Positions 40,959 to 51,983 of a stretch of 64,000 bases of DNA are shown one piece after another. Within the stretch, counting starts at the first letter, position 1. Every line of letters begins with the position of its first letter. Both the position numbers and the translations under genes were made by a program. The notes under the pieces are model-generated. The model was not told the origin of the DNA and made no database searches. It saw only the letters and a program-made list of their open reading frames with translations. Source of the DNA: Burkholderiales bacterium (GTDB taxonomy: Bacteria > Pseudomonadota > Gammaproteobacteria > Burkholderiales > JAHFRG01); NCBI GenBank assembly GCA_035543335.1, contig DASZZH010000026.1, positions 15,508 to 79,507 of the forward strand. Direction: 5' to 3'.

Positions 40959-41013
40959 TTAGACTAAATCTAATCTATGAACCAAGTATAATCAACGCTT
41001 AAACCCATGTCAA
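40959..41013 (-). promoter_or_regulatory. promoter plus 7-1-7 palindrome (Fur/PerR-type operator candidate) upstream of rubrerythrin
   Basis: On the minus strand: TTGACA (41013-41008), a 17-nt spacer, TATACT (40990-40985), then TTAGATT-T-AGTCTAA (40973-40959). Confidence 0.45.
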
Positions 41014-41033
41014 TTCAATCCTCAGGCAAGAAA

Positions 41034-41618
41034 TCAGCGGCTTAACACTGCCTCGATTTCGGCAAAGGTGCGGGCGACTTCGGTAGTCTGAATGGTGACG
41101 CCCAATTGCCGCGCGATTTGGGTGGCGGAAAAGATGCCACGTATCTTGCGCGCCGCATTATCCACCACCACGGCATGCTGCCTGCCGCTTTTTTTGAGCA
41201 TCGCTACCACGTGTCCGACCTTGGCGTGCACCACGTCGTCCAGGTTCAGCGCTTCCAGTTGGTGTCGCGGTGTCATGATGTCCTGCACCAGCACCTCGTG
41301 GCGCCTGACGCCGCTTTCCTGCATGAACTGCATCAGTTTCTCGCCGAGAATGTCGTTGGCGGTGATAATGCCGGCGACCTCGCCGGCGCGGCCCAGCACC
41401 AGCAGCAAGCGCACTCCCTGCTCGATCATGGTCTGGTTGGCGGTGTCAATGGAGGCGGAGGGTTCAATGGTCGCGGCGGACACCTGCTTGAGGTCGGTCA
41501 TGCACTCGGCCGCCCGGTCGTCCAGATTCACCCGCTGCGGCAGCGTCTGCGAGGGTTGGTGGAAAGTGGTTCCCGCGGGCAAGGGATAAAGCGGAAGCGC
41601 GGCGTAATCTCTGAACAT
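41034..41618 (-). CDS. CBS domain pair protein
   Basis: 194 aa with tandem CBS motifs. Confidence 0.7.
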   Translation of the reverse strand: MFRDYAALPLYPLPAGTTFHQPSQTLPQRVNLDDRAAECMTDLKQVSAATIEPSASIDTANQTMIEQGVRLLLVLGRAGEVAGIITANDILGEKLMQFMQESGVRRHEVLVQDIMTPRHQLEALNLDDVVHAKVGHVVAMLKKSGRQHAVVVDNAARKIRGIFSATQIARQLGVTIQTTEVARTFAEIEAVLSR

Positions 41619-41717
41619 GGTTGACCCCCCCGTTTCCTTATAGTTATAGCATCAGCCGAAAACGAGGGACAAAAAAAGGAAACGGTCCATCTGAATTAGA
41701 TTCCTTCTGCGCTGAAG

Positions 41718-42236
41718 CTAGCGCTCGACCGCTTGCGGCCTTTTCCCGCCCGCGGGACCCGTAGCGAAACGGATAAACCGTGAAAGCTCGGAGAGCGCCT
41801 GGTGGTAGACTTCGCGCTTGAATTCAATAACCGCATCCAGCGGCACCCAATAATTCTGCCAGCACCAGGCATCGAATTCGGGGTGTTCGGATGCACGCAG
41901 CTTGACGTCGGTATCGCGCCCGACCAGTCTGAGCAGATACCAAATTTGCTTCTGCCCTTTGTACGAGCCGCGCCATTCGCGCCTGACCCATTGGTACGGC
42001 ACCTGGTAACGCAGCCAGTCGCGAGTGCGCCCGATGATTTTCACGTGCTCCGGGCTTAAGCCCACCTCTTCCATGAGCTCACGGTACATCGCTTGCTCGG
42101 GGGTTTCCCCAGGCTTAATACCGCCCTGTGGAAACTGCCAAGAATGTTCTTTTACGCGCTTGCCCCAAAAAACCTCGTTCTTGTAGTTCAGAATAATGAT
42201 GCCGACATTGGGGCGATATCCATCTCGATCAATCAT
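41718..42236 (-). CDS. rppH: RNA pyrophosphohydrolase
   Basis: [15 protein letters not shown] and the Nudix box [23 protein letters not shown] are present. The ORF opens five codons earlier, at 42251. Confidence 0.9.
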   Translation of the reverse strand: MIDRDGYRPNVGIIILNYKNEVFWGKRVKEHSWQFPQGGIKPGETPEQAMYRELMEEVGLSPEHVKIIGRTRDWLRYQVPYQWVRREWRGSYKGQKQIWYLLRLVGRDTDVKLRASEHPEFDAWCWQNYWVPLDAVIEFKREVYHQALSELSRFIRFATGPAGGKRPQAVER

Positions 42237-42441
42237 GTCAACCACCGTCATTTCTCAAATTGGTCTAATTTTTCCATATTTCCCATAAGAATGAAAGACG
42301 CCGGGCCCTTTGAAACCGCTATTTGTGCAACGGTTCCAGGCTGCACGATACCCGCCCTGTGCCTTAGACATAGCAAAAATCTGACAGCGGCAGCTTGCAA
42401 AATGTAAAATACGGAAATTTTGAATTGGGGCCTGAACGTTC

Positions 42442-44154
42442 GTGCGCGTCTCGCAATTTTTTCTGTCCACGCTGAAAGAAGCGCCTGCCGAGGCGGAGCT
42501 TGCCAGCCACCGCTTGATGTTGCGCGCCGGACTGATCAAGCGCCTGACCGGCGGCATTTACACCTGGATGCCGCTGGGCTTGCGCGTGCTGCGCAAGGTG
42601 GAAGCCATCGTGCGCGAGGAAATGGACAAAAGCGGCGCCATCGAATTGCTGATGCCCGCGGTGCAGCCGGCCGAGCTGTGGCAGGAATCAAAGCGCTGGG
42701 AGCAATACGGACCGGAGCTCTTGCGCATCAAGGACCGCCACCAGCGCGATTTCTGCTTCGGCCCCACGCACGAGGAAGTTATCACCGACATCGTACGGCG
42801 CGAAATCCGAAGCTACCGGCAGCTTCCCCTCAACCTCTACCAAATCCAGACCAAGTTCCGCGACGAAATCCGTCCGCGTTTCGGCGTGATGCGCGCGCGC
42901 GAGTTTGTGATGAAGGACGCCTACTCGTTCCACGCCGACAAGGCGAGCCTGGATCAAACTTACCAGCTCATGTACCACACTTACTCACGGATTTTCACCA
43001 GGCTGGGTTTGAGGTTCCGCGCGGTGGCGGCGGATACCGGAACGATTGGCGGTACCAGCTCACATGAATTTCACGTGCTTGCGGATTCGGGCGAGGATGC
43101 GATTGCGTTCTGCCCGGATTCCGATTACGCCGCAAACGTGGAGTATGCCGAAGCTCTACCCCCTGCCACACCGCGTGCCCCGGGAACCCAAAAACTACAA
43201 AAAGTAGCCACACCCGGGAAAAAAACTGTCGAAGAAGTTAGTGAATTCCTCAAAGTTTCTCCACAAAAAATCATTAAATCAATTATGGTGATGACGAAAA
43301 ATAATGGAGCCTATCTTTTGCTTTTACGAGGGGATCACGCGCTTAATGAGGCAAAAGCATTAAAAATACCGGCCTTGGCAGATGGGTCCCGCCTGGCCTC
43401 GGAAGAAGAAATACAGAGCAACATGCATTGCAGGTCAGGATACATAGGTCCCGCAAATACTCACGTGCCTGCACTCTTAGATCGGGGTGTTGCTTCAATG
43501 AGTGATTTTATTTGTGGAGCAAACGAAGACGGTTGTCACTTCATTGGTGCCAACTTTGACCGCGACGTTTCATATGCTAAAGACGCAATTTTCGATCTCC
43601 GCAATGTGGTCGCCAGCGACCCCAGCCCCGACGGCAAAGGTGCGCTTGAGATTTGCCGCGGCATCGAGGTCGGCCACATTTTTCAGCTCCGCACCAAATA
43701 TTCCGAGGCAATGGGCGCAACCTATCTTGACGAGAGCGGCAAGACCCGAACGATGGAAATGGGTTGCTACGGCATCGGTGTCTCGCGCCTTGTCGGCGCG
43801 GCGATCGAGCAGAACCACGATGAACGCGGCATCATTTTCTCGGGCCCAATGGCGCCCTTCCATCTCGCCATCGTGCCGATTGGCAAAAGCACCGAAGTGC
43901 GAGCCCAAGCGGAAAAACTTCACGCTGAGCTCTCGGCAAACGGCATCGAGGTGCTGCTCGACGACCGCGACGAGCGCGCGGGAGTGATGTTCACCGACAT
44001 GGAGCTCATCGGCATCCCGCACCGCCTGGTGATCGGCGAGCGCGGGCTCAAGCAAGGCCAGGTCGAGTATCAGGGTCGCCGCGACAAGGAACCGCAGCCG
44101 ATCCCTCTCCGGGATTGTGCGGAGTTTATTAAAAACAGATTATGCGCAAGCTGA
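42442..44154 (+). CDS. proS: proline--tRNA ligase
   Basis: 570 aa, with class II motifs, an INS editing domain and a GTG start. Confidence 0.95.
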   Translation: MRVSQFFLSTLKEAPAEAELASHRLMLRAGLIKRLTGGIYTWMPLGLRVLRKVEAIVREEMDKSGAIELLMPAVQPAELWQESKRWEQYGPELLRIKDRHQRDFCFGPTHEEVITDIVRREIRSYRQLPLNLYQIQTKFRDEIRPRFGVMRAREFVMKDAYSFHADKASLDQTYQLMYHTYSRIFTRLGLRFRAVAADTGTIGGTSSHEFHVLADSGEDAIAFCPDSDYAANVEYAEALPPATPRAPGTQKLQKVATPGKKTVEEVSEFLKVSPQKIIKSIMVMTKNNGAYLLLLRGDHALNEAKALKIPALADGSRLASEEEIQSNMHCRSGYIGPANTHVPALLDRGVASMSDFICGANEDGCHFIGANFDRDVSYAKDAIFDLRNVVASDPSPDGKGALEICRGIEVGHIFQLRTKYSEAMGATYLDESGKTRTMEMGCYGIGVSRLVGAAIEQNHDERGIIFSGPMAPFHLAIVPIGKSTEVRAQAEKLHAELSANGIEVLLDDRDERAGVMFTDMELIGIPHRLVIGERGLKQGQVEYQGRRDKEPQPIPLRDCAEFIKNRLCAS

Positions 44155-45215
44155 TCGGTTGTTGGCTGCTGCTGTTCAGCCCGCTCGCTTTCGCGGGCGC
44201 GCAAATCTACGAACCGCTTTCCGCCAGCGTACGCGCAGTGATGCAAAAAGCGGTAAGCGACAAGGCAAGCCCCCGGCTCGCTTTCGGCTCAGAAGCCGAA
44301 GCCAAGGCCTGGCTGGATGAAATGTCGCGGCGTCTCGGCGACCGCATTCCCGACGCCAAAACGCGCAAGGATTTTCTTACCACCGTGCATTACGAAGCAA
44401 CCCGCGCCGGGCTCGACCCACAACTGGTCCTGGGCTTGATCCAGGTGGAAAGCCGCTTCAGGAAATACGCCGTGTCCAAAGCCGGCGCGCGCGGCTACAT
44501 GCAGGTAATGCCGTTCTGGGTCAAGGAGATCGGCGCCAGGGAGCACAATCTGTTTCACCTGCGTACAAACTTACGCTACGGCTGCACCATCTTGCGCTAT
44601 TACCTCGATAAGGAAAACGGCGACCTGTTCCGCGCTCTGGGACGCTACAACGGCAGCCTGGGGCAATCGAATTATCCGAACCGGGTGGTGCGGACCTGGA
44701 TCAACCAGTGGAAATATCCATTACGGGGAAAGCCCAGCCGCGTCCAAGCGGACCAGCGGGTTCCCTTCCATTCGGTCCAAAAAGACTTTCTCTCCCCGAC
44801 CGCCTTTCTTGAACCCCATGAACTGTTCCACGCTCTCGCGGGTGACCGCGCCGACATGCCGCATCACCATTTTGCCATGAGGGCTGAAAATGAAGGTGGT
44901 GGGCAGGCCGTTCACCCTGCCGATTTGCGCGGCGATTTCGTCATTGCCGAGCACCATCGGATAGGACATGAACAGGTTGTCGGCAAACTCGATGACCACC
45001 TTCGGGTCCTTGTATTCCATGGCGATGCCGATTACTTCGACCTCTTTGCGGTGCGCTTCATACAGCGACACCAGGCCGGGAATTTCCTCGAGACACGGCG
45101 GGCACCAGGTCGCCCAGAAATTCACCAGCACCCATTTCCCCTGATAATCGCTGAGGCGGTGAGTTTTACCTTTGGTGTCAGTCAAAACAAAGCCCTCCGC
45201 CTGGACCGCGTATGA
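44142..45215 (+). CDS. lytic transglycosylase (SLT domain) whose ORF runs on ~165 codons antisense to tlpA
   Basis: It has a signal peptide and the motif [23 protein letters not shown]. Family-like sequence ends near ...RTWINQWKY (~44720). No stop occurs in frame until 45213-45215. Confidence 0.7.
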   Translation: MRKLIGCWLLLFSPLAFAGAQIYEPLSASVRAVMQKAVSDKASPRLAFGSEAEAKAWLDEMSRRLGDRIPDAKTRKDFLTTVHYEATRAGLDPQLVLGLIQVESRFRKYAVSKAGARGYMQVMPFWVKEIGAREHNLFHLRTNLRYGCTILRYYLDKENGDLFRALGRYNGSLGQSNYPNRVVRTWINQWKYPLRGKPSRVQADQRVPFHSVQKDFLSPTAFLEPHELFHALAGDRADMPHHHFAMRAENEGGGQAVHPADLRGDFVIAEHHRIGHEQVVGKLDDHLRVLVFHGDADYFDLFAVRFIQRHQAGNFLETRRAPGRPEIHQHPFPLIIAEAVSFTFGVSQNKALRLDRV

Positions 45216-45254
45216 CAGCAACATCAATCCAATAACGAAAATTAAGCGGGTCAT
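44721..45254 (-). CDS. TlpA-family thiol:disulfide oxidoreductase
   Basis: It has a signal anchor and the motif WATWCPPC. The start was set at MTRLIFVIG (ATG 45254). Confidence 0.8.
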   Translation of the reverse strand: MTRLIFVIGLMLLSYAVQAEGFVLTDTKGKTHRLSDYQGKWVLVNFWATWCPPCLEEIPGLVSLYEAHRKEVEVIGIAMEYKDPKVVIEFADNLFMSYPMVLGNDEIAAQIGRVNGLPTTFIFSPHGKMVMRHVGAVTRESVEQFMGFKKGGRGEKVFLDRMEGNPLVRLDAAGLSP

Positions 45255-45520
45255 GTCAAAATCCGGCTTGGCTGACGATGAAACAAAGACTGATGGGGCC
45301 TGCGGGAAGTTCCCGGATAGCAGGCTTTGCAACAAGCGGGCGGAAATGCTCTGTCCTATTACATTTTCGGGGCCGACACGCCTATCGGCGCCATGCAAAT
45401 CATACTAAAATGAAGGAAAAATGCCGAAACCAGCCGCCCATAAAACGGCCCGCCTGTATTTTGCCTCCAGCGCCCGGGGCATTTAAGCTTAGAGATACTG
45501 TCAACTTAAGATAATAACCT

Positions 45521-47089
45521 ATGCCACTCAAAATCAGTTTGCCCCAGTCGGGTGAAAGCCTTAAGCTCAAGGCGGAAACGCGCCCCAAACAGGTAAAAAC
45601 CTGGCTGGAAGCTTTGCCTCTTGCCAGTATCATGGAAGCGGCGCACAGCGTTTCCGACGCGCTGAATTCGCTGAACCGTGTGCCGGTCAAGGACCACTTG
45701 CGGCTCAAGCTGCTCGAGCTCTACACGCCGGCGATTGACAATCTGGTGCAGGAACTCCGGCCCAAATACGCCCTGGCGGGCTTGCCGCTGCCGGAAAAGA
45801 GCCGCCAGGCGGCAACTCTGGCGCGCACCCTGTTCACCGAGCTGGCGTATGGCTACAAAATGGTTCTGCTCGAGCGCCTGGACAAGCGCCTGAGCTTCCG
45901 CGGTACCCACCTGCACTTGATCATCCAGCGCACGGTTGCCGCTTTAAGCAAGGTCTTGTGCGTTTTTTACAATACCTATTCACCGACTCCGGAAGGCATC
46001 TGGTCGGAAATCCACCAGCTGGCCCAGTTCGCCCTGCAGCGCAATCTGCATGACCAGCCGGTGGACGGCGGCAAGCACAGCATCAGCAGCACTTACAAGC
46101 AAACCCTGTTCCTGGCGCTCGCCAATCCCTACCGGCTGATGCAGGGCGAAGCCGGCCGGGTTAACGATTACCTCGCCACCCACAGCAACCAGGCGAAGCT
46201 TTTCCCCTTGCAGCCGACCCAAGGCAGCTCCGGTTTATTTCTCATCAATCTGGAAAGCGACGGCCCGCCCAAATCCGCCGATCAGGAGGGCAATATTGAT
46301 CCGCGCAACCACATCCTGCTCGGCACCGACGCGCTGGTCTCCACGTTGCACGAGCAAATCGCCAAACTCGAATCAGGCCGGCCGCCGAAGCAGCTTAATC
46401 TGCCGGATTACGCCAAGGACGCGGCGTATCTCAATCTGATGCGGAGGCTGCTCAAGGACTGGACGGCAATGCCGCGGCGCAGGTTCAAGCGCATGGCCAA
46501 CAACGATACTATAGAAATCTGCGTCGGCCTGCGCGCCACCTGCCATTTCCTTGCCGAGACCGGCACGGAAGGAGAGTCTCTGGATTTTATCGGCAACCGA
46601 CCCGCCAAAACCGCTTCAGCCAAGATAGCCGAAGGCCAATTCCCGGTAAGCCAATGGACGGTCACCAACGTAAGCGTCAGCGGGCTGAGATTGAAGCGCC
46701 TCTCAGGCGATAACGTGCAAATCCGCGTTGGCGATGTCATCGGCATGCGCGTGCAGGGCGGCCAGCAGTGGAACATCGGCGTGGTGCGTTGGGTAATCAG
46801 CGACGAACCCGAGAACTTCGAGCTGGGGGTGCAAATGCTGGCGCCGTCAGCCACGGCGGTTACCATCAAGCCGGTGGTCTCCGGTCCCAGGGAGACCTTT
46901 CGGGCTGCGCTGCTGCTGCCGGAGATCCGCCAGTTGCAGCAGCCGGCCACCATCATCGCTTCGTCTGCCACTTTCCGCAGCAAACTGGAATATCTGCTTT
47001 ATGAGAACGGCATGGTCAGCAACGTGCGCGGCATGCGCCTGGTCGAACAAACGGCGAGTTTCGATCAGTTCCAGTACAGCGTTGAATAA
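45521..47089 (+). CDS. PilZ domain-containing protein with a large uncharacterised N-terminal region
   Basis: 522 aa. RRRFKR (RxxxR) and NVSVSG ([DN]xSxxG) motifs lie in the C-terminal third. Confidence 0.6.
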   Translation: MPLKISLPQSGESLKLKAETRPKQVKTWLEALPLASIMEAAHSVSDALNSLNRVPVKDHLRLKLLELYTPAIDNLVQELRPKYALAGLPLPEKSRQAATLARTLFTELAYGYKMVLLERLDKRLSFRGTHLHLIIQRTVAALSKVLCVFYNTYSPTPEGIWSEIHQLAQFALQRNLHDQPVDGGKHSISSTYKQTLFLALANPYRLMQGEAGRVNDYLATHSNQAKLFPLQPTQGSSGLFLINLESDGPPKSADQEGNIDPRNHILLGTDALVSTLHEQIAKLESGRPPKQLNLPDYAKDAAYLNLMRRLLKDWTAMPRRRFKRMANNDTIEICVGLRATCHFLAETGTEGESLDFIGNRPAKTASAKIAEGQFPVSQWTVTNVSVSGLRLKRLSGDNVQIRVGDVIGMRVQGGQQWNIGVVRWVISDEPENFELGVQMLAPSATAVTIKPVVSGPRETFRAALLLPEIRQLQQPATIIASSATFRSKLEYLLYENGMVSNVRGMRLVEQTASFDQFQYSVE

Positions 47090-47091
47090 AT

Positions 47092-48327
47092 TCAAACTGC
47101 AGGCGTCTGTCCGTTTGGGTTCCGGCTGAACAGAGTTTTCAGCGGTGTTTTCATCTCTCCCTGCTCAAACAGGTTGTGCAAAAAAGCATCGGGCAGGCCG
47201 CTGTCCAGCGCGGGATGGGCGCGCTCCGGATTAAACACGAACAAGCGGTAGACGTCGCCAACGGTAAGCGTTTCGGGGTCGCGCGCTAAAACCCAGCCTT
47301 CGCCTGCCGCCTTGCGCACCCAGCTGGCACTGTTAAGCCGCTGCAGTACTTCTTCCAGCTCTTCAACCCCCAGTTGTAATTGCTTGCGCAATTTCGGCAG
47401 GCTCGTCACTTCGCCGGTTTTAAGCGAGTGATGCAGCACCTGCAATACCCGCAACGCGTAGTAAAACTGGTACCCGGGCACCCGTTCCTGGATGGTGGTT
47501 TCCCCGCGCCAGCTCGTTAGCGCCGCGGCAATCACTGCCCCCAACAGAACCACCAGCCAGGAGAGATAAATCCACAGCAAGAAAATCGGGATGCTGGCAA
47601 AAGTGCCGTATACCAGCTTATAGGTCGGTACATGCGCGATATAGAACGCAAAACCACGCTTCATGAATTCAAACGCCACTGCCGAAGCGATTGCACCGGT
47701 GAACGCATGTGAAACGGGGACATACCGATAAGGTACGGTCACAAACAGCAGCGCAAATGCGATTGCGGAGAGTAGCACCGGCGTAACATTGAGCAGGAAC
47801 ACGCCCAGTTCGGGCAGCATGTGCCTGGTCAAACCCAGGGAAGCGCTGAGAAGCCAGGAGGTAAGCGACAAGCTTGCGCCTATCAATAAAGGCCCTACCG
47901 TCAGCACCGCCCAATAAATCAACAAGCGATTGATGAGCGGCCGCAGGCGGGTAACGTGCCAGATGGTGTTTAGCGCGCGGTCTATGGTAAGCATCAGCAT
48001 CAGGGCCGTCACTACCAGGAACACAATCCCCACGGTAGTAAGGCGCGCGGCATGCTCGGTGAATTGCTTCAAGTAAACACTGATGACCTTGCCCGCCGCC
48101 TGCGGCACCAGATTGTTCCAAATGAAAGCCTTGAGCTCGGCGGAAAATTCCGAAAACACCGGGAACGTTGCCAATACCGCGAGCGAGACGGTAATCAGCG
48201 GCACCAGCGCGAGCAAGGTGGTGAAGGTGAGGCTTCCTGCCACCTGCAGGCAGCGGTCTTGCCTAAACCGCTTCAGGACAAAGCGCAAATAGCTGGCGCC
48301 GGAGTAGACTCTTCTGGGCATGAACAA
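47092..48327 (-). CDS. YihY/BrkB family inner membrane protein
   Basis: 411 aa. The N-terminus FRQDRCLQVAGSLTFTTLLALVPL is typical of YihY. Confidence 0.85.
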   Translation of the reverse strand: MFMPRRVYSGASYLRFVLKRFRQDRCLQVAGSLTFTTLLALVPLITVSLAVLATFPVFSEFSAELKAFIWNNLVPQAAGKVISVYLKQFTEHAARLTTVGIVFLVVTALMLMLTIDRALNTIWHVTRLRPLINRLLIYWAVLTVGPLLIGASLSLTSWLLSASLGLTRHMLPELGVFLLNVTPVLLSAIAFALLFVTVPYRYVPVSHAFTGAIASAVAFEFMKRGFAFYIAHVPTYKLVYGTFASIPIFLLWIYLSWLVVLLGAVIAAALTSWRGETTIQERVPGYQFYYALRVLQVLHHSLKTGEVTSLPKLRKQLQLGVEELEEVLQRLNSASWVRKAAGEGWVLARDPETLTVGDVYRLFVFNPERAHPALDSGLPDAFLHNLFEQGEMKTPLKTLFSRNPNGQTPAV

Positions 48328-48376
48328 GGATGGTTGTTCGGGTACTATATAATACCGGCGATTCAGCCAAAAAACT

Positions 48377-49333
<957 letters not shown>

Positions 49334-49370
49334 GCTACCGGGCAGGCAGCGCAGGCCGAAAGCAACCTGC

Positions 49371-50066
49371 ATGAGCGTTGCAGTTGAAGCCCGCCGGCTG
49401 CTGCGCAAGAGTCGTCACGGCGTGCTCACCACGCTTTCAAAAAAATTGAAAGGTCACCCTTTCGGCTCCGTTGTTCCTTATCTCCTCGACCACCAAGGAC
49501 GGCCGCTGATTCTCATCAGCACTCTGGCGGAACACACCAAAAACATTGATCACGACGGCCGGGTGAGTCTCTTGGTGCACGAACCCGGCGCCAATGTGCA
49601 GGCGGAAGCGCGGGCTACTTTAATCGGTGATTGCGCCCGGGTTGCCGATCAGGAAGCGGCAAAGCCGCGTTATTTGCGTTATTTTCCAAATGCCGAAAGC
49701 TATTTTGCCACCCATGATTTCTTTTTTTACGGTATCGAGCCGAAAACCGTGCGCTACATCGGCGGCTTCGGTGAGATTCACTGGATTTCCAAGGAAAGCT
49801 TTGCGCCGCCTGCGAATCAGCTTGAAGCGCAGGAGGAGGCGATTATCGTGCACATGAACCAGGATCATGCGCAAAATTTGCGCGGCTATTGCCGCCACTA
49901 TCAAGGCAAGAAAGCAAAGAATGCCGAAATGGTGGGAATAGACTGCGACGGGTTTGATGTCCGCGCCGATGGAGAATTATTACGCTTTGATTTCGATAAT
50001 CCCGTACTCGACGCCATGCAGGCGCGGGAAGCGCTGGTCAGGATGGCCAAGAAAAGTAAAACCTGA
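49371..50066 (+). CDS. HugZ-family / PNPOx-like FMN-binding protein with a DUF2470-type C-terminus
   Basis: 231 aa with the motif GVLTTLSKKLKGHPFGSVVPY. Confidence 0.65.
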   Translation: MSVAVEARRLLRKSRHGVLTTLSKKLKGHPFGSVVPYLLDHQGRPLILISTLAEHTKNIDHDGRVSLLVHEPGANVQAEARATLIGDCARVADQEAAKPRYLRYFPNAESYFATHDFFFYGIEPKTVRYIGGFGEIHWISKESFAPPANQLEAQEEAIIVHMNQDHAQNLRGYCRHYQGKKAKNAEMVGIDCDGFDVRADGELLRFDFDNPVLDAMQAREALVRMAKKSKT

Positions 50067-50174
50067 ACATGGCGGTACTGAGATAACACGATGTACAGCG
50101 GCGTGTTGCGACGGAAACTAACGTGCTAAGTGAGCAGCGCTCGGCTGTTTGCGCGTCCGCTCGGGATTGAGGGG

Positions 50175-50966
50175 TTAGCTGGCATTGTTGCCCCGTTTGT
50201 TCGCCAGCTGCTTACGCCACTGGTTCCCGAGTCCGTCATGCAAAGAAGACAGGCGCGGACCCAGTGCCCTAAGCAAAGCGACTGCATCTGTACAAGTTGG
50301 AAATCCGACCGCAGGATAAAACAACTTGGCATCACCAGTGTCAGTCTGCCGCTTAGGCGCAAGTTGATACTTGGAAAATACCCCTGGCACTTCGTCCTCA
50401 AATGCGCTAAGGCAAACAACAATTGCGACGCGCGAAAACACGCCAGCCACAGATATCGCATTGTGAATGTTTAGCGAATCAATCCCAAGCGAGCCCTCTG
50501 AGAAGTCAGGATCGCGCGTCTCCGCCAGAGAGATCGCGAGAGTGAGCTGGCCCCGAATGTCGTCAATGGGTCGAAGTATCCGTTCGCGGAGGGTGTATTT
50601 GACTGTGTATACATGGCGAGGGTGCGTAAAGACCCACCAGAGGCCTTCAAATTTCCACATCCAGCGCACGACTAGCTCGGCTTCGTTGTCCGAAAGACCT
50701 TTTCGGGCTTCGATGTCGTCAAAGACTCTAGACATTGGTGATTCGATCTCGCGACCGAAATCAGAATTGCAGCGCTCGCAAAGTGGGAGGGTAGCGTTCA
50801 AGGCGGATACTCCATCCCTTCCACCCCAAGAGATTCCGTCGCGGACGGTTCCCGTTCTCTCCACCAGCCAGACGGGAAAGAAATGTTCTTTGTTCATCTT
50901 GCGGCCCGATTCGCCGCAAGCTGCGCACACTTGCTTAAAAAGTTTCCCAGCGCCGGGCGCGACCAT
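50175..50966 (-). CDS. HNH-like (HNH_5-type CxxC...EH...CxxCN) protein with an uncharacterised C-terminal domain
   Basis: 263 aa with CAACG...NKEHFFPVWL...CERCNSDFG. Codon usage is atypical for the window. Confidence 0.5.
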   Translation of the reverse strand: MVAPGAGKLFKQVCAACGESGRKMNKEHFFPVWLVERTGTVRDGISWGGRDGVSALNATLPLCERCNSDFGREIESPMSRVFDDIEARKGLSDNEAELVVRWMWKFEGLWWVFTHPRHVYTVKYTLRERILRPIDDIRGQLTLAISLAETRDPDFSEGSLGIDSLNIHNAISVAGVFSRVAIVVCLSAFEDEVPGVFSKYQLAPKRQTDTGDAKLFYPAVGFPTCTDAVALLRALGPRLSSLHDGLGNQWRKQLANKRGNNAS

Positions 50967-51047
50967 GGACGCCAGCTAACGAGCAAGCTCACCGGCGCGC
51001 CGCTTGCGGCGCGTCGCTCTGCAAGCCGTTGTTACGTTGCGCATGTG

Positions 51048-51983
51048 TCAGCTCTTGAACTCGTCAAAGAACCGATGATCGATCTCGAACGTAGTGCGGG
51101 AAGCAAGCCCAAGTTCGAGTTTTTCTAGCAATGAGACGAGTGCCTGGCCGTCCACAAGTTCTATTGGTGGTACACCGTCACGTACGGCCTCAGCTTGAGC
51201 CTCAGTAGAAAACGTACCTGTGGTTAGTACCAGCCCCTTATCCGCGCGGCCCATCATGGCACCGCGAAAATTCCTGACTTCCGGTGACCCAACAGCCCCA
51301 CGATAGCGCTTGCACTGGAAAAGAACCTTGAAGCTGACAAACGTACTGACTTGAAGAATTCCGATGCCGTCAATTCCGCCGTCTCCAGATCGACCTGTTA
51401 CTTTCACCTGCTGAAATCCGGACTCTCGAAGCAAGCGCTGACAGAGCCTTTCGAATCCCGCCGGTGGCAACGACTGCATGATGTCAAGCACTCGCTCTCG
51501 GTAGGAGCGGTCAATCTCTTCGGGCGCGGGCCGTGATGATTCCTGTTGGACGACCTTTTCAAGTTGGTCGTCGGTCAGTGGACGGGCCTTCGCAACTGAA
51601 GCATTTTCGGTGCTAGAGCGCCGAATGATCTCGGCAATCTGTTCGTCGGACAGTGTTCCCGCGGCGCGTCCTTGCTCCGTCAGCGACCAGACGCTCCTCG
51701 TAGACGAATCAAGGAATCCAGTCCGCACGAGGTAAAAACGCACCCAAGCGACGTCATTCTCAAACTGTGAATTCCCGCTTGGATTTTCCTTATCCCTATC
51801 CGTTTGAGAAATGTCGAGATGCTCCGCTATCCAGTCGCAAACCTCACCGGGCCTTGCGGACCCACCAAGAGCCCGAAGCGCATCCAGTACAGGATTGAAA
51901 TACTTCGCAAAGCGCGTCCGTGTTGAGCGCGTAGTTAGAACGCGATCAGTGGCTTGTAGGGTCTGTCGGCGGATTAAGGGCAT
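51048..51983 (-). CDS. Mrr-type restriction endonuclease (Mrr_N winged helix plus Mrr_cat)
   Basis: The N-terminal FNPVLDALRALGGSARPGEV...VWSLTEQG is wHTH-like. The C-terminal GDGGIDGIG...FQCKRY...GLVLTTGTFS is a PD-(D/E)xK core. ATG 51983 overlaps the upstream ORF by 38 nt. Confidence 0.8.
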   Translation of the reverse strand: MPLIRRQTLQATDRVLTTRSTRTRFAKYFNPVLDALRALGGSARPGEVCDWIAEHLDISQTDRDKENPSGNSQFENDVAWVRFYLVRTGFLDSSTRSVWSLTEQGRAAGTLSDEQIAEIIRRSSTENASVAKARPLTDDQLEKVVQQESSRPAPEEIDRSYRERVLDIMQSLPPAGFERLCQRLLRESGFQQVKVTGRSGDGGIDGIGILQVSTFVSFKVLFQCKRYRGAVGSPEVRNFRGAMMGRADKGLVLTTGTFSTEAQAEAVRDGVPPIELVDGQALVSLLEKLELGLASRTTFEIDHRFFDEFKS

